From positions 1 through 27,941 of the forward strand of contig JAGLDO010000008.1 of the NCBI GenBank assembly GCA_023145555.1: a stretch of DNA of 27,941 nt, given 5' to 3'. Origin of the DNA: Bacteroidales bacterium (GTDB lineage: Bacteria > Bacteroidota > Bacteroidia > Bacteroidales > B39-G9). Below the pieces are notes generated by a model that had not been told where the DNA came from, made no database searches, and worked only from the letters and a program-made list of their open reading frames with translations. Of the stretch, positions 9,999 through 21,020 are shown piece by piece. The position numbers and the translations under genes are program-made. Positions within the stretch are counted from its first letter, which is position 1. Each line of letters opens with the position of its first letter.

Positions 9999-10553
9999 TT
10001 ATACACTAGCTGCAGCTTTACCTGCTTTTCTGCGTAATTGTTCACCCACAAATTTAATACCTTTCCCTTTGTAAGGTTCTGGTTTTCTAAACGATCTTAT
10101 TTTAGCTGCAACATGACCAATCAATTGTTTATCAACACTTTTTAATTGAATAATTGGATTGCTTCGACGCTCAACTTTAACAGTGCATGTAACTTCAACT
10201 GGTAACTCAAAATAAATATTGTGAGAATACCCTAAGCTTAATTCTAAAATTTGTCCTTTACACTCAGCTTTATAGCCAACACCTACAAGTTCTTGTTCAA
10301 TTGTATATCCTTTTGACACACCATAAACCATATTATTAATTAAAGATCTATATAAACCATGTAATGATCTATGTCTTTTTTGGTCTGATGGTCTAGTAAC
10401 TATGACATTATTATCTTCAATACTGACTTTAATATCTTTATCTACCTTTTGTTCTAATTCTCCTAAAGGACCTTTTACAACAACTAAATTATCTTTAATT
10501 GTTACAGTAACTCCTTCGGGAATGACTATGGGTAACTTTCCAATTCGTGACAT
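9999..10553 (-). CDS. rplF: 50S ribosomal protein L6
   Basis: MSRIGKLPI, LSLGYSH, RKPEPYKGKGI. Confidence 0.99.
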   Translation of the reverse strand: MSRIGKLPIVIPEGVTVTIKDNLVVVKGPLGELEQKVDKDIKVSIEDNNVIVTRPSDQKRHRSLHGLYRSLINNMVYGVSKGYTIEQELVGVGYKAECKGQILELSLGYSHNIYFELPVEVTCTVKVERRSNPIIQLKSVDKQLIGHVAAKIRSFRKPEPYKGKGIKFVGEQLRRKAGKAAASV

Positions 10554-10568
10554 TCTATAAACTTTTAT

Positions 10569-10964
10569 TTAGTATACGTAACATAAAACTTCGCCGCCAA
10601 TATGTTGAACTCTAGCTTCTTTATCAGTAACAACACCTTTTGATGTAGATATTATTGCTATACCTAAGCCGTTAATAACTCTAGGTAATTCGTTGGAGCC
10701 AACATATTTTCTTAAACCTGGTCGACTAATTCTTTGTAATTTTTTTATCACCGGTTGTTTAGTGTCCGGATTATATTTCAGAGCAATCTTAATTGTTCCT
10801 TGGACATCATTTTCTTCAAATTTATAATTTAGTATATAACCTTTATCGAAAAGAATTTTAGTTATACCTTTTTTAATATTTGAAGCAGGTATTTCTACCA
10901 CTTTATGTCTTGCAAGTTGTGCATTTCTAACTCTTGTTAGTAAATCTGCTATTGGATCCGTCAT
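10569..10964 (-). CDS. rpsH: 30S ribosomal protein S8
   Basis: [39 protein letters not shown]. Confidence 0.99.
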   Translation of the reverse strand: MTDPIADLLTRVRNAQLARHKVVEIPASNIKKGITKILFDKGYILNYKFEENDVQGTIKIALKYNPDTKQPVIKKLQRISRPGLRKYVGSNELPRVINGLGIAIISTSKGVVTDKEARVQHIGGEVLCYVY

Positions 10965-10983
10965 TTTTTTTTATTTATTTAAA

Positions 10984-11253
10984 TTACCAACTAGCTTTTT
11001 TAACCCCGGGGATTAGTCCTTTAAGAGCCATTTCTCTAAAAGTAATTCTACTAATTCCAAATTGTCTTAAATAACCTTTTGGTCTACCTGTTAATTTACA
11101 TCTATTATGAAGGCGGACAGGAGATGCATTTTTGGGTAATTTGCTCAGCCCAACATAATCACCTTCTGCTTTTAATTTAGCTCTTTTTTCAGCATATTTA
11201 TTTACTAATTTCTGACGCTTTACTTCGCGAGCTTTCATTGATTCTTTAGCCAT
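10984..11253 (-). CDS. rpsN: 30S ribosomal protein S14, Zn-free (C-) 89-aa type
   Basis: [10 protein letters not shown]...[23 protein letters not shown]; a single Cys. Confidence 0.99.
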   Translation of the reverse strand: MAKESMKAREVKRQKLVNKYAEKRAKLKAEGDYVGLSKLPKNASPVRLHNRCKLTGRPKGYLRQFGISRITFREMALKGLIPGVKKASW

Positions 11254-11256
11254 ATC

Positions 11257-11805
11257 TTAATTCTTTTTAAAAGGTATTCCAAATTCTCTTAATAACGCAT
11301 AACCTTCTTCATCTGTTTTTGCAGAAGTAACAAAAGTTATATTCATACCTAAAATTGAATTAATTTTATCTACTTCAATTTCAGGAAAAATAATTTGTTC
11401 GGTTATACCAAAAGTATAATTTCCTCGTCCATCTAATTTAGGATTAATACCATGAAAATCTCTAATTCTTGGTAAAGCAACCCTAATTAATTTTTCTAAA
11501 AATTCATACATTCTTTCACGACGAAGAGTAACCATTACTCCAATGGGCATTTTCTTTCTAACTTTAAAGTTAGATATATCTTTTCGCGACAAAGTTTGAA
11601 TAGCCTTTTGACCTGTAATTGCTGACATTTCTGTACTTGCAATGTCAATTAGTTTTTTATCTGCAATAGCTTTTCCTACACCTTGATTAATTACTATTTT
11701 TTCTAATCTTGGAGCTTGCATTACATTTTTATAAGCAAATTCCTTCATTAATGCAGGTACTATTTCAGCTAAATATTTTGTATGTAGTTCTGGAGTATAT
11801 TCCAT
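11257..11805 (-). CDS. rplE: 50S ribosomal protein L5
   Basis: [37 protein letters not shown]. Start overlaps the rplX stop (TAATG). Confidence 0.99.
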   Translation of the reverse strand: MEYTPELHTKYLAEIVPALMKEFAYKNVMQAPRLEKIVINQGVGKAIADKKLIDIASTEMSAITGQKAIQTLSRKDISNFKVRKKMPIGVMVTLRRERMYEFLEKLIRVALPRIRDFHGINPKLDGRGNYTFGITEQIIFPEIEVDKINSILGMNITFVTSAKTDEEGYALLREFGIPFKKN

Positions 11806-12128
11806 TATTTAATCTCCTCCCCTGATTTTTTTGAGTAACGAACTAATTTATTTTTACTATTTAATTTTCTTCCAATACGTGTTGGTTTTCCTGATGCAGA
11901 GTCGATATTCAATAAATTAGAAGCATGTATTGCAGCTTCTTTTTTAATAATACCTCCCTCAGGACTTGTAGCATTTGGTTTAGTATGTTTTGATACCATA
12001 TTAACACCTTCTACAATAGCACGTTGTTTTTCAATAAAAACTTGAAGAACTTTACCTTTTTGTCCTTTATACTCACCAGCTATAACAATAACGGTATCTC
12101 CTTTTTTTATGTGTAATTTCTTTTGCAT
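11805..12128 (-). CDS. rplX: 50S ribosomal protein L24
   Basis: [29 protein letters not shown]. The ATG at 12128 is preferred over the upstream TTG at 12137 used by the ORF track. Confidence 0.97.
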   Translation of the reverse strand: MQKKLHIKKGDTVIVIAGEYKGQKGKVLQVFIEKQRAIVEGVNMVSKHTKPNATSPEGGIIKKEAAIHASNLLNIDSASGKPTRIGRKLNSKNKLVRYSKKSGEEIK

Positions 12129-12146
12129 AATTAACAATTTACAAAT

Positions 12147-12512
12147 TTATAACACTTCTGGTGCTAATGATATAATTTTCATGTAGTTTTCGCGCAATTC
12201 TCTTCCAACAGGGCCAAAAATACGTGTACCTCTTAATTCTCCTGCTGTATTAAGTAAAACAACAGCATTATCATCAAACCTAATGTATGAACCATCTGCT
12301 CTTCTATACTCTTTTCTTGTGCGAACTACAACTGCTCTCGATACTGTACCTTTTTTGACTTCACTTGAGGGTACTGCACTTTTAATAGTTACAACTATAT
12401 TATCGCCTACACTAGCATAACTTCTACCACTGCCACCAAGAACATTAATACAAAGTACTTCTTTTGCTCCGCTGTTATCAGCAACTAATAACCTGCTTTC
12501 TTGTTGTATCAT
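12147..12512 (-). CDS. rplN: 50S ribosomal protein L14
   Basis: [35 protein letters not shown]. Confidence 0.99.
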   Translation of the reverse strand: MIQQESRLLVADNSGAKEVLCINVLGGSGRSYASVGDNIVVTIKSAVPSSEVKKGTVSRAVVVRTRKEYRRADGSYIRFDDNAVVLLNTAGELRGTRIFGPVGRELRENYMKIISLAPEVL

Positions 12513-12514
12513 GA

Positions 12515-12778
12515 TTATTTAACTCTTTCAATAATTTCTACTAATCTCCAATTCTTAGATTTACTTAATGGACGTGTTTCCATTATTTTAACAGTATCTC
12601 CAATATTACATGTATCTTTTTCATCATGTGCTACTAACTTTGTAGTTTTATTAATGAATTTACCATATATTGGGTGTCTTTCTCTTCTTCTTACAGCAAC
12701 TATAATGGATTTTTCCATTTTATTACTGACAACAACTCCTGTTCTTTCTTTTCTCAGATTACGTTTTTCCATTACCAA
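12515..12778 (-). CDS. rpsQ: 30S ribosomal protein S17
   Basis: [33 protein letters not shown]. Confidence 0.98.
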   Translation of the reverse strand: MVMEKRNLRKERTGVVVSNKMEKSIIVAVRRRERHPIYGKFINKTTKLVAHDEKDTCNIGDTVKIMETRPLSKSKNWRLVEIIERVK

Positions 12779-12780
12779 AA

Positions 12781-12987
12781 TTATTTGTCTTTATTGTTAT
12801 TTATCTTTCTAAATCTCAACTCAGTTTTTAATCTAGCAATATCTTTACGAGATTGTACAATCTGATGTGGATTGTCTAATGGCGAAATCGCATGATTTAA
12901 TCTTTGACGAACTAACATTAATTGTCCATCATCAATTCTCTCAAGAATTTCCGAAGTTGTAAATTGTTTAATTTCTGAAGTTTTCAT
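12781..12987 (-). CDS. rpmC: 50S ribosomal protein L29
   Basis: Operon position plus [19 protein letters not shown]. Confidence 0.96.
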   Translation of the reverse strand: MKTSEIKQFTTSEILERIDDGQLMLVRQRLNHAISPLDNPHQIVQSRKDIARLKTELRFRKINNNKDK

Positions 12988-12992
12988 TATAA

Positions 12993-13421
12993 TTAAATTG
13001 ATGATTCAACAAAATCTCTTCTAACAACAAATTTCGTTTTTACCGGTAACTTTTGAGCAGCTAATCTTAAAGCTTCTTTAGCAATTTCGTAAGAAACTCC
13101 TTCTGCTTCAAGAATCATTCTGCCTGGTGTAATTGGTGCAACGAATGCTTCTGGAGCACCTTTACCTTTACCCATTCTAACCTCAGCAGGCTTTTTTGTT
13201 ATTGGCTTATCAGGAAAAACTCTAATCCAAATTTGACCACGTCTTTCCATACGTCTAGTAACTGCAACCCTGGCAGCTTCAATTTGGCGACCAGTTAACC
13301 AACATTCTTCTAAAGTTTTAATTCCAAAAGAGCCGAAAGCTAATTGATTTCCTCTTTGAGCATTGCCTTTCATTCTGCCTTTTTGCTGCTTTCTGAATTT
13401 TGTTTTCTTTGGTTGTAACAT
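12993..13421 (-). CDS. rplP: 50S ribosomal protein L16
   Basis: [36 protein letters not shown]. Confidence 0.99.
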   Translation of the reverse strand: MLQPKKTKFRKQQKGRMKGNAQRGNQLAFGSFGIKTLEECWLTGRQIEAARVAVTRRMERRGQIWIRVFPDKPITKKPAEVRMGKGKGAPEAFVAPITPGRMILEAEGVSYEIAKEALRLAAQKLPVKTKFVVRRDFVESSI

Positions 13422-13440
13422 ATTTGCTAAATATTAAAAG

Positions 13441-14136
13441 CTATTTTCTTCTTTTCTTTTTAAAATCTGGTCTAGAACTTTTTTGACCAATATTTGGAGA
13501 CAAATCTCTTTTACCATAAACTTCTCCACGGCAAATCCATACTTTAACTCCAACTTTACCTACTTTTGTACTTGCTTCAACAAGTGCATAATCAATATCT
13601 GCCCTTAAGGTATGTAAGGGAGTACGTCCTTCTTTATACATTTCAGATCTTGCCATTTCAGCACCACCTAATCTGCCGGAAATTTGTACTTTGATACCTT
13701 CTGCACCCATTCTCATAGTAGAAGCTATTGCCATTTTGGTAGCTCGTCGGTATGATATTTTCCCTTCGATTTGTCTGGCAATATTTTTCCCAACTAGAGA
13801 TGCATCTAACTCTGGTCGTTTAACTTCAAAAATATTTATTTGAACTTCTTTCTTTGTTAACTTTTTAAGTTCTTCCTTTAATTTATCAACTTCTTGTCCG
13901 CCTTTACCAATAATGATACCAGGTCGTGAAGTATTGACAGTAATAGTAACTAATTTCAAAGTTCTTTCAATGATAATCTTTGAAACACTAGCTTTTGCAA
14001 GTCTTACATTAAGATAAGTTCTAATCTTATTGTCTTCGACAATTTTCTCAGCATAGTTATTACCTCCATACCAGTTAGAATCCCATCCTTTAATGATTCC
14101 TAATCTATTACCTATTGGATTACATTTCTGTCCCAT
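13441..14136 (-). CDS. rpsC: 30S ribosomal protein S3
   Basis: [42 protein letters not shown]. Confidence 0.99.
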   Translation of the reverse strand: MGQKCNPIGNRLGIIKGWDSNWYGGNNYAEKIVEDNKIRTYLNVRLAKASVSKIIIERTLKLVTITVNTSRPGIIIGKGGQEVDKLKEELKKLTKKEVQINIFEVKRPELDASLVGKNIARQIEGKISYRRATKMAIASTMRMGAEGIKVQISGRLGGAEMARSEMYKEGRTPLHTLRADIDYALVEASTKVGKVGVKVWICRGEVYGKRDLSPNIGQKSSRPDFKKKRRK

Positions 14137-14140
14137 CTAA

Positions 14141-14560
14141 TTATTCTTTTTTTGTTTCGTTAACAGCACTGCGACTATCTAAAAATAATGTTACATGATT
14201 TGAACGTTTTCTAATTCTATGAGCTCTGCCTTGAGGTGCTGGTCTTAATCTTTTTAAAATACGAGCACTATCAACATAAACTTCTTTAACATATAAATTA
14301 GCATCTTCAATTCGAGTTTCTTCATTTTTTTGTTGCCAGTTAGCAATTGCAGACAGAAGTAGTTTTTCAACTTTACGTGAAGCTTCTTTAGGACTAAATT
14401 TTAAATAATCTAAAGCATTGTTAACTTCTACGCCTCTTATCATATCAACAACTAATCTCATTTTTCGAGGTGAAGTAGGGCAATTTTTTAATACTGCAAA
14501 ATATTGATTCTTTCTTTCCTCTTTTTTTTGTTGGGCTGTTATTCCTTTTCTTTTACTCAT
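14141..14560 (-). CDS. rplV: 50S ribosomal protein L22
   Basis: [36 protein letters not shown]; N-terminal extension of Bacteroidota type. Confidence 0.99.
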   Translation of the reverse strand: MSKRKGITAQQKKEERKNQYFAVLKNCPTSPRKMRLVVDMIRGVEVNNALDYLKFSPKEASRKVEKLLLSAIANWQQKNEETRIEDANLYVKEVYVDSARILKRLRPAPQGRAHRIRKRSNHVTLFLDSRSAVNETKKE

Positions 14561-14584
14561 TTGTTTAAACTCTAAAAGTAAATA

Positions 14585-14851
14585 TTATCTTTTCTTTCCA
14601 GCATGCCCTCTAAAGGTGCGAGTAGGAGAAAATTCTCCTAATTTATGACCAACCATATTTTCTGTTACATAAACAGGAATAAATCTGTTTCCATTATGGA
14701 CAGCAATGGTAAGACCTACAAAATCAGGTGATATCATTGAACTACGTGCCCAAGTTTTTATTACTGTTTTCTTACCAGATTCGTTCATTTGAAGAATTTT
14801 TTTCTCCAATTTATAATCAATATATGGTCCTTTTTTTAATGATCGACTCAT
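14585..14851 (-). CDS. rpsS: 30S ribosomal protein S19
   Basis: [30 protein letters not shown]. Confidence 0.99.
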   Translation of the reverse strand: MSRSLKKGPYIDYKLEKKILQMNESGKKTVIKTWARSSMISPDFVGLTIAVHNGNRFIPVYVTENMVGHKLGEFSPTRTFRGHAGKKR

Positions 14852-14868
14852 TTTAAATTAGATTAAAA

Positions 14869-15693
14869 TTATTTCTTTCTTCTTTCAACAATATATTTAT
14901 TAGAAGCTTTCTTCTTATCTCTTGTTTTATATCCTTTAGCAGGTATACCATTTCGTGAACGTGGATGTCCACCTGAAGCTCTACCTTCTCCACCACCCAT
15001 TGGGTGATCAACCGGATTCATAACAACACCTCTAACTCGAGGTCTTCTTCCTAACCATCTTGATCTACCAGCTTTACCTGATTTCTCTAATTGATGATCT
15101 GAATTAGAAACAGTACCAATTGTAGCTCTACAAGTAATCAAAATCATACGAGTTTCACCAGAAGGTAATCTTAATATTGCATATTTACCATCACGCGAAG
15201 TTAATTGAGCGTATGCTCCTGCACTTCTTGCTAAAACAGCTCCTCCATCAGGTCTTAATTCAATGTTATGAACGATAGTACCTAAAGGAATATCTGATAA
15301 GAACAAAGTATTACCTACTTCAGGAACAGCATCTTTTCCTGACATAATTTTTTGTCCAACTTCTAATCCATTTGGAGCTACAATATAATTTTTTACACCA
15401 TCAGCATAAACAACTAATGCTATTCTTGCAGTTCTGTTAGGATCATATTCGATAGATTTTACGGTAGCGGTTATTCCATCTTTATTTCTATAAAAATCGA
15501 TTAATCTATATCTTTTTTTATGACCACCACCAATATATCTCATAGTCATTTTTCCCTGTTGATTTCTTCCACCACTTCTCTTAATTGGTGCTAATAAAGA
15601 TTTTTCAGGGGTAGTTTTAGTAACGTATTCAAAGTTACCAGCTACTTTATGTCTTTGTCCCGGTGTTACCGGTTTAAATTTTCGTACAGCCAT
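14869..15693 (-). CDS. rplB: 50S ribosomal protein L2
   Basis: [36 protein letters not shown]. Confidence 0.99.
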   Translation of the reverse strand: MAVRKFKPVTPGQRHKVAGNFEYVTKTTPEKSLLAPIKRSGGRNQQGKMTMRYIGGGHKKRYRLIDFYRNKDGITATVKSIEYDPNRTARIALVVYADGVKNYIVAPNGLEVGQKIMSGKDAVPEVGNTLFLSDIPLGTIVHNIELRPDGGAVLARSAGAYAQLTSRDGKYAILRLPSGETRMILITCRATIGTVSNSDHQLEKSGKAGRSRWLGRRPRVRGVVMNPVDHPMGGGEGRASGGHPRSRNGIPAKGYKTRDKKKASNKYIVERRKK

Positions 15694-15698
15694 CTTAA

Positions 15699-15989
15699 TT
15701 AAATATTGCTATAAAAATCAATCTTATCTCCTTCAATGAGTGTAACTATCGCTTTTTTATAAGAGCTGGTTTTTCCTGTAATAGAGCCAGCTTTTGTAAA
15801 TCTCGATTTAGTTTTACCACCATAAATCATGGTGTTAATAGAAGAAACATGAACATTATACATTTGTTCGATTGCTCTTTTTATTTGTATTTTATTTGTC
15901 ATTTTCCTAACAACGAATCCGTATCTGTTAAATTTATCAGATTCCTTTGTCATTTTTTCACTTATAATTGGCTTCAAAAGTATATTCAT
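15699..15989 (-). CDS. rplW: 50S ribosomal protein L23
   Basis: [29 protein letters not shown]. Confidence 0.98.
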   Translation of the reverse strand: MNILLKPIISEKMTKESDKFNRYGFVVRKMTNKIQIKRAIEQMYNVHVSSINTMIYGGKTKSRFTKAGSITGKTSSYKKAIVTLIEGDKIDFYSNI

Positions 15990-16003
15990 TTTTCAACAAT
16001 TAT

Positions 16004-16633
16004 TTAATTTTCTAATATTTTTTCGATAACACTAATGGAACCTTCTACAAATAATAAAACGGAAGTGTTCATAATTTGATAAGTTGCCAATTCAGAAGCT
16101 AAAACAACATTTGTATTTTCTAAATTTCGAGATGACAAATATATATTTTTATTTGCTTCCGGTAAAACAAAAAGTATCTTTTTATCAATAATTTTCAAAT
16201 TATTTGTTATTGATATTAAATCTTTTGTTTTAGGAACTTCAAGATTAAAATCTTCTACAACAAAAATTTTGCTGTCTTTGATTTTATAAGAGAGTGCAGA
16301 CTTCCTTGCCAATTTTTTAAGTTTTTTATTTAACTTAAAAGAATAATCTCTTGGTTGAGGTCCAAACGCTCTAGCACCACCAACCATAACAGGAGATTTT
16401 GCACTACCTGCACGAGCTGTTCCTGTGCCTTTTTGACGTTTAATTTTCCTTGTACTTCTTGTTAAATCAGATACTTCTTTTGATTTATGAGTACCTTGAC
16501 GTTTATTAGCCAAGAATTGTTTTACATCTAAATAAATAGAATGATCGTTAGGTTCAACTGCAAAAATAGAATCTTTGAGTTCAATTTTTTTACCTGTATC
16601 TTCGCCTTTTATGTTATATACTGCTACTTCCAT
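16004..16633 (-). CDS. rplD: 50S ribosomal protein L4
   Basis: [33 protein letters not shown]. Confidence 0.99.
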   Translation of the reverse strand: MEVAVYNIKGEDTGKKIELKDSIFAVEPNDHSIYLDVKQFLANKRQGTHKSKEVSDLTRSTRKIKRQKGTGTARAGSAKSPVMVGGARAFGPQPRDYSFKLNKKLKKLARKSALSYKIKDSKIFVVEDFNLEVPKTKDLISITNNLKIIDKKILFVLPEANKNIYLSSRNLENTNVVLASELATYQIMNTSVLLFVEGSISVIEKILEN

Positions 16634-17250
16634 TATTTCTCGATAATTAAATATGAACCATTTGCACCAGGTACAGAACCTTTTACTAACAATAAATTAT
16701 TTTCAGGTATAATTTTAACAACACGAAGACTAAGTTGTTTAACTTTATCTCCACCTGTTCTACCAGCCATTCTCATTCCCTTAAAAACTCTTGAAGGATA
16801 TGAAGAAGCACCAATTGAACCCGGAGCACGAAGTCTATTGTGTTGTCCATGAGTTGCATCATTAACACCTTTAAAATTGTAACGTTTTACAACTCCCTGA
16901 AAACCTTTTCCTTTTGAGATACCGGTTACATCTAACCAAGTATCGTCATTAAATAAATCAACTGTTAAAACATCACCTAAATTTAAATTCATTTTATATC
17001 CTGAAAATTCAGCCAATTTTCTTTTAGGTGTTGTATTAGCTTTTTTAAAATGTCCAATTTGAGGTTTGTTAGAATTTTTTTCTTTTTTTTCTTCAAAACC
17101 TAATTGAATAGCATCATAACCGTCTTTTTGTACGGTCTTGACTTGTGTAACAACACAAGGTCCAGTTTCAATTACAGTGCATGGAATATTTTTTCCCTCG
17201 GCACTAAAAACGGAAGTCATTCCGATTTTTTTTCCTATTAATCCAGCCAT
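16633..17250 (-). CDS. rplC: 50S ribosomal protein L3
   Basis: [35 protein letters not shown]. Confidence 0.99.
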   Translation of the reverse strand: MAGLIGKKIGMTSVFSAEGKNIPCTVIETGPCVVTQVKTVQKDGYDAIQLGFEEKKEKNSNKPQIGHFKKANTTPKRKLAEFSGYKMNLNLGDVLTVDLFNDDTWLDVTGISKGKGFQGVVKRYNFKGVNDATHGQHNRLRAPGSIGASSYPSRVFKGMRMAGRTGGDKVKQLSLRVVKIIPENNLLLVKGSVPGANGSYLIIEK

Positions 17251-17272
17251 TATAAAAGCTTATTTTTGGTTA

Positions 17273-17578
17273 TCAAACTTTAATTTCAACTTCAACACCA
17301 CTTGGAAGTTCTAATTTCATTAAAGCATCAATTGTTTTGGCATTAGAACTATATATATCGACTAATCTTTTATAAGAAGATAACTCGAATTGTTCTCTAG
17401 CTTTTTTATTAACAAATGGTGACTTTAATACAGTAAATATTCTTTTGTGAGTTGGTAATGGAATCGGTCCACTTATAACTGCACCAGTACTTTTTACTGT
17501 TTTAACAATCTTTTCAGCAGACTTGTCTACTAAATTATGATCGTAAGATTTTAATTTTATTCTAATCTTTTGACTCAT
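17273..17578 (-). CDS. rpsJ: 30S ribosomal protein S10
   Basis: [35 protein letters not shown]; TGA stop. Confidence 0.99.
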   Translation of the reverse strand: MSQKIRIKLKSYDHNLVDKSAEKIVKTVKSTGAVISGPIPLPTHKRIFTVLKSPFVNKKAREQFELSSYKRLVDIYSSNAKTIDALMKLELPSGVEVEIKV

Positions 17579-17593
17579 TTTTTAAAAAGATAT

Positions 17594-19702
17594 TTATACT
17601 AATTTTGTTTTACCTTTTGCGATATCTACAACTTCTTCAGCAAGTTTTGCCGGAACTAAATCATAATGAGAAAATTGCATTGATGATGTTGCTCTTCCGG
17701 ATGTTAATGTCCTTAAAACTGTAACATATCCAAATTTTTCAGCAAGAGGAACTTGTGCTTTAATAACACGAGCTCCAGCTTTTGATTCCATTGCTGTTAT
17801 TTGTCCTCTTCTTTTATTAAAATCGCCAATAACATCACCCATATATTCTTCAGGTGTTATTACTTCGGCATTCATAATTGGTTCTAATAATACTGGTTTT
17901 GCTTTAACACAAGCATGTTTAAACGCCTGTTTTGCAACTATTTCGAAAGAAAGAGCGTCAGAATCCACGTTATGATAAGAACCATCTAATAAAATAACTT
18001 TTAAACTATCTACAGGATAACCTGCAAGAGCGCCATTAGTCATTGCTTCACGAAAACCTTTTTCGACTGCAGGAATATATTCTTTAGGAACATTACCTCC
18101 TTTTACGCTATTAATAAATTGTAATCCTTTTTCACCTTCGTCAACCGGAGATATTTCTACAATAATATCGGCAAATTTTCCTCTACCTCCACTTTGTTTT
18201 TTGAATATTTCTCTGTGTTTAACTTTTCCTGTGATAGCTTCTTTATATGCTACCTGAGGAGCTCCTTGATTACACTCAACTTTAAATTCTCGTTTTAAAC
18301 GATCAACTAAAATTTCGAGATGTAATTCGCCCATACCACTAATTATTGTTTGACCTGAAGCATCATCAGTTCTAACTGTAAAAGTAGGATCTTCTTCGGC
18401 TAATTTTGCTAAAGCAATATCAAGTTTGTCAAGATCAGCAACAGTTTTGGGTTCAATTGCAACTCCAATAACAGGATTAGGAAATGTCATCGTTTCGAGC
18501 AAAATAGGATGTTTAGCATCGCATAATGTATCGCCTGTTCTGATATTTTTAAAACCAACAGCTGCACAAATATCACCTGCAAAAATTTCTTCTTTAGAAT
18601 TTTGTTTATTCGCGTGCATTTGGTATAGACGTGAAATTCTTTCACGTTTTCCTGTTCTTACATTAAGGACAGAAGAACCTGCAGGAAGAATTCCTGAATA
18701 TACTCTTAAAAAAGCTAATCTTCCAACAAATGGGTCTGTAGCTATTTTAAAAGCAAGAGCAGAAAAATAATCGTTATCGTCAGGGTTTCTGTGAATTTCT
18801 TTTTTAGTATGAGGTTCGGTACCGGAAACAGCACCTACATCAATGGGACCAGGTAAATAAGAACAAACAGCATCTAAAAGACGTTGAATTCCTTTATTTT
18901 TGAAAGCAGAACCACACATTACAGGAACAATAGTACGATTAATTGTGGCTTTACGTATAGTCTCTTTTAATTCTTCTTGAGTAATTGAATCTGGATTGTC
19001 AAAAAATCTTTCTAATAATTCGTCATCAGATTCTGCTGCTGCTTCAACTAATTTTGCTCTCCACTCGTCAACATCATCACGTAAATCTTCAGGAACATCA
19101 ATATATTTATAATTTGTTCCCATTTCTTGGTCATCAATCCAAACAATTGCTTTGTTTTCGATTAAATCGACAACGCCTTCAAAAGTATCTTCTACTCCAA
19201 TTGGTATTTGAATAGGAACAGCATTAGCTCCTAATTTATCTTTAAGTTGATCTACAACACTAAAGAAATCAGCACCAACACGGTCCATCTTATTAACAAA
19301 TGCTATTTTAGGCACTTTATATTTTTCTGCTTGTCTCCATACTGTTTCTGATTGTGGTTCAACACCACCTACAGCACAAAAAACAGCAACAGCGCCATCT
19401 AATACTCTTAAGGAACGTTCTACTTCAACAGTAAAATCAACGTGTCCGGGAGTATCAATAATATTAATTTTAAAATCTTTATTATTGTATTTCCAAAATG
19501 TAGTAGTAGCAGCAGAAGTAATTGTTATACCTCTTTCTTGCTCTTGAACCATCCAGTCCATAGTAGCAGCTCCATCGTGCACTTCTCCAATCCTATGTGT
19601 AATACCAGTATAGTACAGAATTCTTTCCGTAGTTGTGGTTTTTCCGGCATCTATGTGAGCCATAATCCCAATATTCCTAGTATTGCTTAAATCATTTGCC
19701 AT
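17594..19702 (-). CDS. fusA: Elongation factor G (canonical EF-G1)
   Basis: All GTPase motifs intact: [23 protein letters not shown]; also GMGELHL. Confidence 0.99.
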   Translation of the reverse strand: MANDLSNTRNIGIMAHIDAGKTTTTERILYYTGITHRIGEVHDGAATMDWMVQEQERGITITSAATTTFWKYNNKDFKINIIDTPGHVDFTVEVERSLRVLDGAVAVFCAVGGVEPQSETVWRQAEKYKVPKIAFVNKMDRVGADFFSVVDQLKDKLGANAVPIQIPIGVEDTFEGVVDLIENKAIVWIDDQEMGTNYKYIDVPEDLRDDVDEWRAKLVEAAAESDDELLERFFDNPDSITQEELKETIRKATINRTIVPVMCGSAFKNKGIQRLLDAVCSYLPGPIDVGAVSGTEPHTKKEIHRNPDDNDYFSALAFKIATDPFVGRLAFLRVYSGILPAGSSVLNVRTGKRERISRLYQMHANKQNSKEEIFAGDICAAVGFKNIRTGDTLCDAKHPILLETMTFPNPVIGVAIEPKTVADLDKLDIALAKLAEEDPTFTVRTDDASGQTIISGMGELHLEILVDRLKREFKVECNQGAPQVAYKEAITGKVKHREIFKKQSGGRGKFADIIVEISPVDEGEKGLQFINSVKGGNVPKEYIPAVEKGFREAMTNGALAGYPVDSLKVILLDGSYHNVDSDALSFEIVAKQAFKHACVKAKPVLLEPIMNAEVITPEEYMGDVIGDFNKRRGQITAMESKAGARVIKAQVPLAEKFGYVTVLRTLTSGRATSSMQFSHYDLVPAKLAEEVVDIAKGKTKLV

Positions 19703-19729
19703 TATTCTATCGACCCTATCTTTTTATTT

Positions 19730-20206
19730 TTAAAATCTAAAATGAGAGAAAGCTTTATTAGCTTCTGCCATACGATGAGTGTCTTCTTTCCTTTTAAAAG
19801 CACCACCTTCTTCATTAAAAGCAGCAACAATTTCTGCAGCTAACTTATCACTCATTGATTTTCCACTTCTTTTTCGTGCATAACTTATCATTGCTTTTAT
19901 GCTTAATGATAATTTTCTACTATCTCTTATTTGTTGAGGAATTTGAAAAGTAGCACCACCAACACGACGGCTTCTAACTTCAACAGCAGGAGTTACATTT
20001 TGTAAAGCTTGCTTCCAAATTTCCAAAGGTGTTTTTTCGATTTTTTCTGTACGTTTACCTACAATATCAAGAGCATCATAAAAAATGTCGTAAGCTAAAT
20101 TCTTTTTACCCTGCATCATTAAATCATTAATAAAACGAGTTACTAATGTATCTTTAAATTTTGGATCTGGCAATAAAACTCTTGCTTTTGGTTTAGACTT
20201 TCTCAT
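19730..20206 (-). CDS. rpsG: 30S ribosomal protein S7
   Basis: [34 protein letters not shown]. Confidence 0.99.
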   Translation of the reverse strand: MRKSKPKARVLLPDPKFKDTLVTRFINDLMMQGKKNLAYDIFYDALDIVGKRTEKIEKTPLEIWKQALQNVTPAVEVRSRRVGGATFQIPQQIRDSRKLSLSIKAMISYARKRSGKSMSDKLAAEIVAAFNEEGGAFKRKEDTHRMAEANKAFSHFRF

Positions 20207-20215
20207 TTTTAATTA

Positions 20216-20593
20216 CTATTTTTTCTTAGGTTTTTTTGTTCCATATTTAGAACGTCTTTGAGTACGCCCCTCAACACCAGAAGTATCTAAAGCACCTCTA
20301 ATAATGTGATATCTTACACCCGGTAAGTCTTTTACTCTACCACCTCTAATTAAAACAATAGAGTGTTCTTGTAAATTGTGACCTTCACCAGGTATGTATG
20401 AATTTACTTCTTTTCCATTTGTCAACCTTACTCTTGCTACTTTTCTCATAGCTGAATTAGGTTTTTTAGGAGTAGTAGTGTAAACACGCACACAAACGCC
20501 TCTTCTTTGTGGACAAGCATCTAAAGCTGGAGCCTTACTTTTTTTCTCCATTCTTGTCCTCCCTTTTCTTACTAATTGCTGTATTGTTGGCAT
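20216..20593 (-). CDS. rpsL: 30S ribosomal protein S12
   Basis: [33 protein letters not shown]. The streptomycin-relevant lysines appear wild type. Confidence 0.99.
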   Translation of the reverse strand: MPTIQQLVRKGRTRMEKKSKAPALDACPQRRGVCVRVYTTTPKKPNSAMRKVARVRLTNGKEVNSYIPGEGHNLQEHSIVLIRGGRVKDLPGVRYHIIRGALDTSGVEGRTQRRSKYGTKKPKKK

Positions 20594-20627
20594 AAAAATT
20601 AATTATTTTTTTTAACAAATTGGTTTG

Positions 20628-20635
20628 CAAAGGTA
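20628..20635 (-). promoter_or_regulatory. Proximal -7 promoter element (P1) of the str/S10 superoperon
   Basis: Minus strand TACCTTTG(CAAAC), 34 nt upstream of the rpsL ATG; ATTG at 20654-20657 is a possible degenerate -33. Confidence 0.75.
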
Positions 20636-20790
20636 AAATATTTTTTTTTAAAACAATAATAATTTTACTTTTTTTTATAATTTCCTGAATCTTAGCACAT
20701 TCAAATAACAAAAGAAGCTAAAAAGTCAACAATTTTAATAAGTATAGAATTAAAAAAATCATATAAAAAATACTTTATCTAAAAGCGGTG

Positions 20791-20798
20791 CAAAAATA
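20791..20798 (-). promoter_or_regulatory. Distal -7 promoter element (P2) facing rpsL
   Basis: Minus strand TATTTTTG(CACCGC), a typical TAnnTTTGC context. No -33 seen. Confidence 0.55.
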
Positions 20799-20932
20799 AT
20801 ACTTTATTTAACATATAGATTATTTTTTTCTTTTTTATATTAATTTATATTTTTTCTCCATTGCTATTGGGTATTATAAAACAAATTCATAAATTATTAT
20901 TTGTTTTATATGTATTCTATTTTTTATCATTA

Positions 20933-20963
20933 CTTGTTAGTTTATAAATTATTATTAATTTTG
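20933..20963 (+). promoter_or_regulatory. Promoter for the EF-G paralogue
   Basis: CTTG-N19-TAATTTTG matches the TTTG-N19-21-TAnnTTTG consensus with one mismatch; ends 57 nt upstream of the ATG at 21021. Confidence 0.65.
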
Positions 20964-21020
20964 AACCCCATTAATAAATCATATAAATAATTATAGATAT
21001 CAACTTTAATATAAATTAAA

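Noticed and set aside
12142-12149. TAAATTTG (TAnnTTTG match) upstream of rplX
   Set aside because: It overlaps the rplN stop codon and would leave only a ~6-nt leader; probably a chance match in AT-rich DNA.
17270-17275. Possible TGA reassignment (code 4/25) given low GC
   Set aside because: rpsJ ends at TGA at its normal C-terminus, and conserved Trp residues use TGG.
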